Shown here: positions 19,817-28,465 of the stretch, piece by piece
Numbering within the stretch: the stretch's first letter is position 1
How the letters are laid out: each line of letters begins with the position of its first letter
NCBI GenBank assembly: GCA_904420535.1
Contig: CAJFVQ010000019.1
Location: 18,989-82,988 of the forward strand
DNA length: 64,000 nt
Source: Candidatus Cryptoclostridium obscurum
GTDB taxonomy: Bacteria; Bacillota; Dehalobacteriia; UBA7702
Direction of reading: 5' to 3'
The notes under the pieces: generated by a model
Database searches by the model: none
What the model was told of the DNA's origin: nothing
Seen by the model: only the letters and a program-made list of their open reading frames with translations
Translations under genes and position numbers: made by a program

Positions 19817-20914
19817 TTAAACTATTTGAGACAAACATTCTTTCAATGCATCTAAAAAATAATTATTCTCTTCACGCAAACCAATGGAAACACGAATCGC
19901 TGTGGGGTAGCCAAAAGAATCTGCGCTTCGTACCATAACGCCGCGCTTCAGAAGACTTTGATAGATACGTACTGCACTTGTCTTTACATCGACCAGGAGA
20001 AAATTTGCTTGGCTCTCTAAAACAACAAGTCCCATCGTGCGAAGACGGTTAATCATATACTCCCGCTCCACTTGATTATAGCGAATGCTTTTCTCAAAGT
20101 ATTCTTTATCATTCAGGGCAGCCAAAGCAGCAGCTTGAGCCACGGAACTGATATGATACGGTTCTCTTACTTTATCCAGTTCATAAATGATGGACGCATG
20201 GGCAATGCCGTAGCCAATACGTAATCCGGCCAGACCGTATCCATGGGAAAAAGTACGGATTGAAGCAACGTTGGGAAATTCTTTTAAAAATGTGACACCG
20301 TCGGGGGAATTTGGATAATCTACATAATCGAAGTATGCTTCATCCAAAACCACAAGAATATTGTCCCCTACTCGATTAAGCATCTGCCGCAATCCGCGCT
20401 GTTCGATAACAGTTCCTGTAGGATTGTTAGGGTTGCAAATAAAGATCATCTTAGTTTTACTACTGATAGCAGCTGCCATGGATGGCAGATCAATAACGAA
20501 ATCGTCATTGAGAGGAATGGCTTTACAATGGGCGCCGCACATTGTAGCTAAACGAGCATATTCCCCTAAGGACGGACGGGGAAGAATCACCTCATCTTCA
20601 GGTTCAAGGTATGCCAAACAGAAAAGCTTAATAACTTCATTGGCGCCTGCGCCGAAAACCAATTGATCTGTATTCACCCCCAAATGGCTACTTAGGGCAT
20701 TACGAAGATCAAAACTATCCCCATTGGGATAACGTGCGCTGCGCAAAGAAGCCACTCGCATGGCTTCCACGGCCGAGGAAGGAGGCCCCAAAGGATTTTC
20801 ATTGGAGGAAAGCCTGCAGATATCTTCTAACCCCAATTCTTCCTTTAATTCTTCGATGGGTTTACCTGGACGATAAGGCAAAATTTTTTGAATAGATTTT
20901 CGCGGTTTAATCAT
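19817..20914 (-). CDS. hisC: Histidinol-phosphate aminotransferase family (class II aminotransferase)
   Basis: N-terminus KILPYRPGKPIEELKEELGL...LSSNENPLGP matches HisC family. The start is taken at the MIKPRK methionine (20914). The ORF-track start at 20947 has no RBS. Confidence 0.6.
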   Translation of the reverse strand: MIKPRKSIQKILPYRPGKPIEELKEELGLEDICRLSSNENPLGPPSSAVEAMRVASLRSARYPNGDSFDLRNALSSHLGVNTDQLVFGAGANEVIKLFCLAYLEPEDEVILPRPSLGEYARLATMCGAHCKAIPLNDDFVIDLPSMAAAISSKTKMIFICNPNNPTGTVIEQRGLRQMLNRVGDNILVVLDEAYFDYVDYPNSPDGVTFLKEFPNVASIRTFSHGYGLAGLRIGYGIAHASIIYELDKVREPYHISSVAQAAALAALNDKEYFEKSIRYNQVEREYMINRLRTMGLVVLESQANFLLVDVKTSAVRIYQSLLKRGVMVRSADSFGYPTAIRVSIGLREENNYFLDALKECLSQIV

Positions 20915-21330
20915 TTCAACGTTAATTCCTTTATCTTGTGTGAACATCTAATTAATATTTGAAAACAAATCAGCTTTTTACCGAGCTGTCTGCCTCATTG
21001 GAGTTATTGTAACATAGGAAATTTTATTTGTAAATATAATGCCATTTCATTCAAAACTATAGCAGGTTAGTATCTCAAGAATCAAGGTATTCATTGACAA
21101 TCCATATTTATAACAAAAAAACATACATGATTCCATATTTTGACATTGGTAAAATTTATCGCACAAATCTGCTTTTTTGGATTTTACTGCTCCATTCTAT
21201 ACAAATTCAAGCAGGATAATCCTATTTTTCAAATTACCATCCTAGCCAAAGGAGGTCTTGCATGCTATAATATCAACATCAGAACAAATTATTCCACTCA
21301 AGGAAAAGAGTATCTGTCATTCATCACGAG

Positions 21331-22275
21331 GTGATTAAAATGATTAAATTGGACATCGTTTCCGGATTTTTAGGAGTCGGCAAAACGACCCTAATCAAAC
21401 GATATCTAAAAGCTCTATCCTGTCGAAAGGAAAAAGTCATTCTCATTGAAAATGACTTTGGAGAGATTGGAATTGATAAAGACATTCTAAAAATTGGCGA
21501 TCTTGATATTTATGAAATCAATAGAGGATGCCTATGTTGCAGTTTGAAAGGAACATTCATCGACACATTGCTTCTCATCGCCGAACAGGTCAAGCCTGAT
21601 CGCGTGATCCTGGAACCTTCCGGTATTTTCATTTTAAGCGAAATCTTTGAACTTTTCCGTTATTACCAGATCAGCGACGCCTATGAAATCGGTGGAGTTG
21701 TCACTGTTATTGATGGCCCTCACTTTCGAGATCACCAAGTAAGGTTTGGAAATTTTCTAACCAATCAGATCGATAACGCAGCGCACTTGATGCTCAGTAA
21801 AACATCGGAAATGAAAGAAAATGAACTTTTGGAAGTTGTTGAGGAATTAAGTGACACTTTTCATGGAAAAGAGATTATTGCAAAAGATTGGCGCGATATC
21901 AGCGATGAGGAATTATTACAGATTTTTATCGGTGACGGTACCATCCAAGGAAAGGTCTTAACCGGCAAAGCATTGAAAGAAAAAAAGCAAGAGCGCAGTC
22001 ATCAAGGATTCAGCAGTTATTCATTTTACGGGGGTTCCCCTCTCTCCCCAGAAGAACTGAAGCAAAAACTTCTGTTGTTAAACTCTAAAAACTTTGGAGA
22101 GATCATCCGGGCAAAGGGATTTGTCAAAGAAAAAGAAAACAATCGCTTTCTGGAATTCCATTATGTGGACGGTTCCATTGAAATTCTGCCCAATCAAAAC
22201 AATGATCTCAAAGCCGGCTCATGCTTCATTGGGAAAGATTTGCAAAAAGACGCCTTGGCAGAATTTTTCCAATAA
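21331..22275 (+). CDS. COG0523 / CobW-family G3E P-loop GTPase (putative metallochaperone)
   Basis: Walker A SGFLGVGKTTL, the CxCC metal motif NRGCLCCSL and a C-terminal CobW_C-like domain. 314 aa. Confidence 0.8.
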   Translation: MIKMIKLDIVSGFLGVGKTTLIKRYLKALSCRKEKVILIENDFGEIGIDKDILKIGDLDIYEINRGCLCCSLKGTFIDTLLLIAEQVKPDRVILEPSGIFILSEIFELFRYYQISDAYEIGGVVTVIDGPHFRDHQVRFGNFLTNQIDNAAHLMLSKTSEMKENELLEVVEELSDTFHGKEIIAKDWRDISDEELLQIFIGDGTIQGKVLTGKALKEKKQERSHQGFSSYSFYGGSPLSPEELKQKLLLLNSKNFGEIIRAKGFVKEKENNRFLEFHYVDGSIEILPNQNNDLKAGSCFIGKDLQKDALAEFFQ

Positions 22276-22282
22276 AAAAATA

Positions 22283-22310
22283 AAAGCTTATTTGCAATAA
22301 GCTTTTATGA
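22283..22310 (+). terminator. Rho-independent terminator after the COG0523 gene
   Basis: Hairpin AAAGCTTATTTGCAATAAGCTTTT. Confidence 0.55.
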
Positions 22311-22500
22311 AATGAAGTAAAGCGATAGCTTACAATAACGAAAGGAGGGTAGGCTTTTATAAAACCATTACGCAACATTTCGTATTTTGCTATCTTCAAT
22401 GATCAAATTTAGTATAGCAAATCTCCGATTTTGTTGCAAGGATAATTTTTTTAACAATTATCAAAAAAAAGTACAAAACTTATTGAAAAGGAGATTGAAA

Positions 22501-23880
22501 ATGGCAAGATTAGAATTTAATGAATTAGCTTACAACAATGCCGACGAGCTTATTTTTGGAAAATCGAAAAAACCTGTTACTTGTAAAAACGGTCTTGTAG
22601 TCGGCGGCGGCGAAGTGATTCCCGAATTAAACTATACCCTCCCCATGATGCAGATTACCGAAGAAACCATGCCCAAGGTGCTACAACATTACAAAGAAAT
22701 GACCACCAGCGCTTGTGAAAAAGCCATTGAGCTGAGTGCTCCCTCCCTTTGTTTTGAAATCGAATTGCTTCCAAACTGTACTTTTCATCCCAAATGGGGA
22801 ATTGAAGTCGTAAAGACTGTTGTTGATGTTGCCAAAGAATTTGAAGCAAAATCCAACACGAAATTTATCGTTAGAAATACCCCTGTTGACATCCGTGAAG
22901 GAAAAGGACTTGAACATATGTATCATGGTATGCACTGGGATGCTATTATGGAAACTTTTGCCGGCGGTGCGGAAGCTGGCGCTGATTTGATGGCCATTGA
23001 ATCCATTGGTGGAAAACATATCCATGACGATGCTCTGATGATGGGTGAAATGGATAAATTACTCTTTGCTTTGGGCGTTGTGGGATGCAAAGATATGGGC
23101 ATCCTCTGGGATAACATTGTAAAAATCGGGAAAGAAAAGGACGCGATACCTTCTGGCGATACTGCCTGCGGTTTTGCCAATACCGCGATGGTTCTTGGAA
23201 ACCAGGGGCTCATTCCCCGTACCTGTGCGGCCGTAGATCGCGTTATGACGGCTGTCCGCACCATGGTCGCGGTGGAAGCGGGAGCAATCGGTCCCGACAA
23301 GGATTGCGGCTATGAAGGAGTTTACATGAAAGCCATCACAGGCACTCCCATCTCTATGGAAGGCCGCACCAGCGCTTGTGCACACAGTTCTCATGTCGGC
23401 AATATTGTCGGTGCAATATGCGATATGTGGTCCAATGAATCAGTACAAAATATTCGCTTACTCGGTGGCATGGCTCCCACTGTGTATACCGAACAACTGG
23501 TTTATGATTGCCGCATGATGAATACCGCCACAAAATTAGGGAAAGCCGACGTTTTAAAAGAAATTTTCGTTGAATCTGACAAAGCTTTGGAACCCCATGG
23601 GTACATTATGGACCCCAAAGTTGTCGTCGAAATTTCCAAAAAAATCGTTGCTGCCAAAGGTCATTTTGAAAGAACCAGAATTGCCGCTTTAGCAACCATT
23701 GACGCTCTCAGAAAAGGCTATGACAACAAAGAACTTCTTTTGGCCGACAGAGAATACAGATATCTCGATGTCATGGAAGCATCTCTCAGTAGTGTAACCA
23801 CTGATGTCGAGGCATTTACCGATGAAATGAAAAAAGCCTGTGCCAGCGAAAAATTCAAACCAGAATGGTATGATCTTTAA
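22501..23880 (+). CDS. mtaB: MtaB-family methanol:corrinoid methyltransferase
   Basis: Collinear similarity to Methanosarcina MtaB as recalled from memory. Matching blocks include ELAYNNADELIFGKSK, GADLMAIESIGGK, SGDTACGFANTAM, AVEAGAIGPDKDCGYEGVYMKAITGTPISMEGRTSACAHS and MWSNESV. About 459 aa. RBS AAAGGAG. The ORF-track start at 22387 is an upstream extension. Confidence 0.85.
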   Translation: MARLEFNELAYNNADELIFGKSKKPVTCKNGLVVGGGEVIPELNYTLPMMQITEETMPKVLQHYKEMTTSACEKAIELSAPSLCFEIELLPNCTFHPKWGIEVVKTVVDVAKEFEAKSNTKFIVRNTPVDIREGKGLEHMYHGMHWDAIMETFAGGAEAGADLMAIESIGGKHIHDDALMMGEMDKLLFALGVVGCKDMGILWDNIVKIGKEKDAIPSGDTACGFANTAMVLGNQGLIPRTCAAVDRVMTAVRTMVAVEAGAIGPDKDCGYEGVYMKAITGTPISMEGRTSACAHSSHVGNIVGAICDMWSNESVQNIRLLGGMAPTVYTEQLVYDCRMMNTATKLGKADVLKEIFVESDKALEPHGYIMDPKVVVEISKKIVAAKGHFERTRIAALATIDALRKGYDNKELLLADREYRYLDVMEASLSSVTTDVEAFTDEMKKACASEKFKPEWYDL

Positions 23881-23948
23881 TTTACCATAGCCCACACTTC
23901 ATAATATACTTCATAATATTTTGAACATTTTTATCATCTTTATTTTGC

Positions 23949-23987
23949 TTTAAGGGGAAAATGATTCCCCTTAAGGCTCTTTTTTCA
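23949..23987 (+). terminator. Rho-independent terminator after mtaB
   Basis: Hairpin CTTAAGGGGAAAATGATTCCCCTTAAG followed by CTCTTTTTT. Confidence 0.7.
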
Positions 23988-24126
23988 CATATGGTAGGTT
24001 AGCCTGAAAATTTATTCAAATTTTTCATTGTAGCTTATATTATCATCAGGTATAATGAAAAAAGAGACCATACAATAAAGATGTCATAATACACGAATCG
24101 TCAAATTGTTTCGAGGAGATGACAAA

Positions 24127-25428
24127 ATGGGTAACTCTGAATTCCAATGGCTCGATACAAGTAAAGAAAAGGGCTTTCTGGAAAAAGCACTGCGTTCTTT
24201 CTCCACGTTCAGTGGTTTGAAAGCATCCTTAGTGGATAAAGAGGGAAATACCGTAGTCAGTACGGAAAATTATGTACCGGACTGTAGATTTTGTCAACTG
24301 ATTAAAAGTGATCCACAGGGAAAACAAAAATGCCGCCGTTCTTATGCTCGTGCCGGTCGTGAAGCGGCAAAATACGGGGAGCCTTATGTTTTTCGTTGCC
24401 ATGCAGGTTTGGTGGCGTGGGCAGTGCCTATTATTATCAACAAACATCAAGGGGCTGTCATCTGCGGCCAGGTTTTAATGTGGGAGCCAGAAGACTATTT
24501 TTTAGACGAAATTGGTATGATGGTAAAAGATCTGGACGTCAATATTTCTGAAATTAAGATGGCAGCACTGCAGTTAAACGTGTTACCCAGTGATAAAGTA
24601 CAAGCCATCACCGATTTACTTTTTGTCATCGCCAACCAAATCATGAATCATGAATCTACTTTCTTTTCGGAACAAAAAAGCATCGCAGCATATCAAGCAT
24701 TGCTTTCAGAAGAAATCAGCGAGTCAAAAAAGAAAAATAAATACAAAATGACAAAGAATCTTGCAGACGGCCTTTCTCTTCAAGGAGAAGAACGGGAATT
24801 AATGGCAAAGGTTCGCAGTGGAGAAAAGGATTCGGCAGAAAAATTACTGGATCACTTGTTAATTACGATCATCAATCACAATACGGGAAATCTCGGCGAT
24901 GTAAAAGCCAGAATCATTGAATTACTGGTAATGATTTCCCGCGCCGCCGTGGATGGAGGAATGGACTCTAAAGAAATCCGCAACCTAAATAGCCGTTTTT
25001 ATGAGGAACTTTATGCAAAACGAACGACGGAAGAAATTTGTTATTGGACAAAAAATGTCGTCAGTATTTTTTCCGAAGAAGTCAGAAAAGCCAAAGGAAA
25101 CGACAACCTGCAAGCAGTTTATGCAGCGGGAGAATACATCCAAAAACATTTTCGAGAAAAACTATCCATTCAATCCATCGCTGAAGTAGTTCATCTCAGC
25201 CCAAGCTATTTAAGTCATATTTTCAGCCAAACTTTTGGCTATACCATAACGGATTATGTGACATATATCCGTTTAGAAAATGCAAAGTCAATTTTGAGTA
25301 AAAGCGGCACCAGCATCAGCGAAGCAGCTTTGGATTCAGGATTTGAAGATATCAGCTATTTTTCCAGAGTGTTTAAGAAAGTGGAAGGCATTAGTCCACG
25401 AGAATACAAGAAGAGGCAATTACCATGA
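24127..25428 (+). CDS. PocR sensory domain + AraC-family HTH transcriptional regulator
   Basis: The N-terminal ~170 aa resemble a PocR ligand-binding domain. The C-terminal ~100 aa form an AraC-type HTH (YLSHIFSQTFGYT...FEDISYFSRVFKK). The start is at the ATG with a GAGGAG RBS. Confidence 0.75.
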   Translation: MGNSEFQWLDTSKEKGFLEKALRSFSTFSGLKASLVDKEGNTVVSTENYVPDCRFCQLIKSDPQGKQKCRRSYARAGREAAKYGEPYVFRCHAGLVAWAVPIIINKHQGAVICGQVLMWEPEDYFLDEIGMMVKDLDVNISEIKMAALQLNVLPSDKVQAITDLLFVIANQIMNHESTFFSEQKSIAAYQALLSEEISESKKKNKYKMTKNLADGLSLQGEERELMAKVRSGEKDSAEKLLDHLLITIINHNTGNLGDVKARIIELLVMISRAAVDGGMDSKEIRNLNSRFYEELYAKRTTEEICYWTKNVVSIFSEEVRKAKGNDNLQAVYAAGEYIQKHFREKLSIQSIAEVVHLSPSYLSHIFSQTFGYTITDYVTYIRLENAKSILSKSGTSISEAALDSGFEDISYFSRVFKKVEGISPREYKKRQLP

Positions 25429-26078
25429 GCAAAGAAGATATGGAGTGCATTCAAGAAGCTGTATTAAACGGTCAGGCCAACAAAGTAAAGATCTTGACCA
25501 CCCTTGCCATTGAAAATGGGATTGACCCCGGAGAGATTCTATTTGAGGGTTTGTTAGAACCATTAAAGGTCATAAGCCAAAAATTAAAAAGTAATGAAAT
25601 TTTTACAGCGGAAGTTCTGATCATTTCCAGAGCAGTTCACGCAGGTCTTCATGTTTTAGGCCCCTTTCTCAGCGAATCTCATCAAAATCTCCGCGGAAAA
25701 GTCATTATTGGCACTGTTGCTGGGGATCTCCACGATATTGGCAAGAACCTCGTCGCAATGACATTGGAAAGTTTGGGAATGAAAGTTATTGACCTTGGCA
25801 TCGACGTTTATCCTGAAGATTTTGTGGCTGCAGTCATAGAACACAAACCAGATTTTGTAGCACTTTCCGCCATGCTGACAACAACCATCAACATGATCGT
25901 GGAAACCGTCCATAAACTGGAGGTTGCAGGCTTGCGCAAAAATGTCAAGGTCATCATTGGCGGCAACCCCGTGACCAATGATTTTTGTTTTTCCTCCGGT
26001 GCCGACGGTACCTGCGAAGAATTAAAAGAGATCGAAGATATGGTACGCCATCTCAAACCCTCGCTGTTTAAAGATTAG
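25425..26078 (+). CDS. mtaC: MtaC-like corrinoid (cobalamin-binding) protein
   Basis: N-terminal B12-binding_2 cap helix bundle, then a Rossmann B12 domain with the DxHxxG motif (GDLHDIGKN). 217 aa. ATGA overlap with the regulator stop. Confidence 0.8.
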   Translation: MSKEDMECIQEAVLNGQANKVKILTTLAIENGIDPGEILFEGLLEPLKVISQKLKSNEIFTAEVLIISRAVHAGLHVLGPFLSESHQNLRGKVIIGTVAGDLHDIGKNLVAMTLESLGMKVIDLGIDVYPEDFVAAVIEHKPDFVALSAMLTTTINMIVETVHKLEVAGLRKNVKVIIGGNPVTNDFCFSSGADGTCEELKEIEDMVRHLKPSLFKD

Positions 26079-26087
26079 AAAAATGAT

Positions 26088-26118
26088 AAAAACCACTGTA
26101 GTAAAACAGTGGTTTTTT
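26088..26118. terminator. Bidirectional terminator between the convergent mtaC and mtaD genes
   Basis: Hairpin AAAACCACTGTAGTAAAACAGTGGTTTTTT. Confidence 0.7.
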
Positions 26119-26130
26119 TATTTGCTTTAT

Positions 26131-27414
26131 TTACATTCGTGCCGCACGGTGTTGAACCTCTTGGTAAAGTTTCCCTTCGTCTATATTGACACATTTTCTT
26201 TCCCGTACGATAATTTTTCCATTGACGATTACCGTATGAACATCACCGCTCTTCATGCAATAAACCAGATGGCTCAAAAGGCTGTGCCGCTCCGTTCGCG
26301 GATAAAAATGGGGCCGCCAGAGAGAAATGATGTTGATGTCGGCCTTTTTCCCTACTTCCAAAGTACCGATTTCATCGTCAAGTCCCAAGGCTTTGGCGCC
26401 GTTGATCGTAGCCATGGACAACGCCTCGTAGGGGTTGAGAGCATCGGCATCCTTTTGGGCGACCTTTTGCAAAAGTATTGCGGTACGCATTTCTTCAACC
26501 ATATCGAGGTCATTGTTACTGGCCGCGCCGTCAGTACCCAATGCAATGGGCACGCCATGTTTTTTTAACTCCCCATGGGGGAAAATTCCGGAAGCCAATT
26601 TCATGTTGCTTTGGGGACAATGAATCGCCGAAACGCCACGTTCCCCTGCCAACTCCATTTCGGATTCATCTAAATGAACCATATGGGCTGCCAGCACTTT
26701 GTGCCGCAAAAGGCCGGTGGAATCAAGATATTGCAGCGCGCGTTTGCCGTGGTTTCGCAGACAGGCTTCCTGCTCTATTTCGGTCTCCGCCACATGAATA
26801 TGGATCGGCAATCCTGTTTCCTCCGCAGCATGGGCGATACTTTGCAGGTAATTTTCGGAACAACTGTAAAGGGCGTGAGGAGCCAACATAAAATGGATCC
26901 GTCCTTCCAGATCGTTTTCATGTTCTTTCGCAAACCGGAGGGCTTCTCTCAAGTAGTATTCGCCGCGGCCGTCGTAATCTACCAATCCTGCCCCAAGCAC
27001 CCCACGGATCCCGCTGGTCTCTGCAGCCCAGATCGCAGATCCCGGATCGAAGTACATATCGGCATAGCAGGTAGTACCACTTTTCAGCATCTCTAAATGG
27101 GCCAAAAGGTTACCTAGATAAAAATCCTCGTCAGTGAGACTATTTTCAGCAGGGCGGATCACATCTTGCAGCCATTGTTCCAAAGGAAGCCCTTCACCGT
27201 AACCGCGCAACATGGTCATGGCGGCATGGGTATGACAGTTCACAAAACCAGGCAAAGCGCATTTATCCTGGCCATAGATGATCTCATCTCCCCATTTGGG
27301 GACAATATCTCCCATAGCAGTAATTCGCTGTCCCTCGATACGTATGGAACCATGATGGAATTCTCCCCTACCCGTCATGGGCAGGTATAAAATATCTTTA
27401 ATAAATATCGCCAT
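26131..27414 (-). CDS. mtaD: 5'-methylthioadenosine/S-adenosylhomocysteine deaminase (amidohydrolase superfamily)
   Basis: HxH metal motif FVNCHTHAAMTMLRG. 427 aa. Similar to the chlorohydrolase/MtaD subgroup. Confidence 0.75.
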   Translation of the reverse strand: MAIFIKDILYLPMTGRGEFHHGSIRIEGQRITAMGDIVPKWGDEIIYGQDKCALPGFVNCHTHAAMTMLRGYGEGLPLEQWLQDVIRPAENSLTDEDFYLGNLLAHLEMLKSGTTCYADMYFDPGSAIWAAETSGIRGVLGAGLVDYDGRGEYYLREALRFAKEHENDLEGRIHFMLAPHALYSCSENYLQSIAHAAEETGLPIHIHVAETEIEQEACLRNHGKRALQYLDSTGLLRHKVLAAHMVHLDESEMELAGERGVSAIHCPQSNMKLASGIFPHGELKKHGVPIALGTDGAASNNDLDMVEEMRTAILLQKVAQKDADALNPYEALSMATINGAKALGLDDEIGTLEVGKKADINIISLWRPHFYPRTERHSLLSHLVYCMKSGDVHTVIVNGKIIVRERKCVNIDEGKLYQEVQHRAARM

Positions 27415-27416
27415 AA

Positions 27417-28436
27417 TTATCCCAGCATTTCCGCGATGCCTTTTTGGTAATCCCCGTGAATAATTCCTTTCTCCGTGATAATCGCTGTAATGAGCTCATG
27501 AGGCGTCACATCGAAGGCGGGATTCACCACCGGCACTTCTCGGGGAGCGGTAAAAATGCCGCCCAGAGAACGTACTTCATCGCCATTTCTTTCTTCTATG
27601 ATAATATCCTTTCCCGTGGCTGTCGTCAAGTCAAAAGTTGACAACGGCGCTGTAATATAAAAAGGAATTTTATGGTACTGCGCCAGAACAGCCAGGCCGT
27701 AGGTTCCAATCTTATTGGCGGCATCGCCGTTGGCCGCGATGCGGTCGGCCCCGGTGATCACCAGATCAATTTTCCCCTGCCCCATAAGATAAGCGGCCAT
27801 ATTATCGGTAATCAGCGTGACGGGAATATGGTCCTCCATCAATTCATAAGCCGTGAGGCGGGCGCCTTGGAGCAGCGGACGCGTTTCATCAGCATAGACC
27901 ATGGAAACTTTTCCCTGTTCATGACCGCGGCGAATAATTCCAAGGGCTGTACCGTAACCGCCGGTGGCCAATGCTCCCGCATTGCAATGCGTCAAAATAT
28001 GAGCATGATCGGGAATCAACGTCGCTCCGTATGCCGACAAAACCTTGCAGCGGGAAATATCATCCTCTTCGATCTCTTTTGCCTTATCTAACAAAGATTG
28101 AGGATCATAGGTTCCGCCGTTTCCCTGCCAAACACTTCTCATTTGCTCCAAAGCCCAGAAAAGGTTGACTGCCGTAGGCCGCGTTGCGGCAATCGCTTTT
28201 TCCGCTTCCTCCATAAATTTTCGGAAATTTCCCAATGTGGGATTCCATGCCTCGGCGGCGATGACCATTCCATAGGCCCCCGCAATGCCAATGGCAGGAG
28301 CCCCACGCACCGCCAATGTCCGGATCATTTCGCAAACGTCCTCCACGGTTTTGCAAGCTATGATTTTTACCTCATTGGGTAAAAGACGCTGATCCAAAAG
28401 ATAGAGACAATGGTTTTTCCATTCAATGTGTTTCAT
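27417..28436 (-). CDS. mtnA: S-methyl-5-thioribose-1-phosphate isomerase
   Basis: eIF-2B alpha/beta/delta-like. N-terminus HCLYLLDQRLLP is typical of MtnA. Confidence 0.8.
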   Translation of the reverse strand: MKHIEWKNHCLYLLDQRLLPNEVKIIACKTVEDVCEMIRTLAVRGAPAIGIAGAYGMVIAAEAWNPTLGNFRKFMEEAEKAIAATRPTAVNLFWALEQMRSVWQGNGGTYDPQSLLDKAKEIEEDDISRCKVLSAYGATLIPDHAHILTHCNAGALATGGYGTALGIIRRGHEQGKVSMVYADETRPLLQGARLTAYELMEDHIPVTLITDNMAAYLMGQGKIDLVITGADRIAANGDAANKIGTYGLAVLAQYHKIPFYITAPLSTFDLTTATGKDIIIEERNGDEVRSLGGIFTAPREVPVVNPAFDVTPHELITAIITEKGIIHGDYQKGIAEMLG

Positions 28437-28465
28437 AGTTTCACACTTTCCTCAAACTGTCGACA

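Noticed and set aside
21140-21334. 64-aa ORF in the AT-rich region upstream of the COG0523 gene
   Set aside because: It is hydrophobic and aromatic with an odd composition. It lies in a promoter-like AT-rich region that contains TTGACA/TATAAT elements. It ends exactly at the next gene's start and is more likely non-coding leader or promoter sequence.
23896-23920. Short direct repeat CTTCATAATAT x2 downstream of mtaB; the same query applies to AAAATTAGAAC x2 at 19741-19765
   Set aside because: Only two copies of 11 nt, inside AT-rich terminator or promoter spacers. It is not a CRISPR array (no further repeats or spacers) and is too short for a mobile-element terminal repeat.
26083-27390. Plus-strand ORFs 26083..26568, 26478..26891, 26674..27096 and 27166..27390 overlapping mtaD
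   Set aside because: They are antisense to a well-supported amidohydrolase gene. The translations are Arg/Cys/His-rich with no coherent features.
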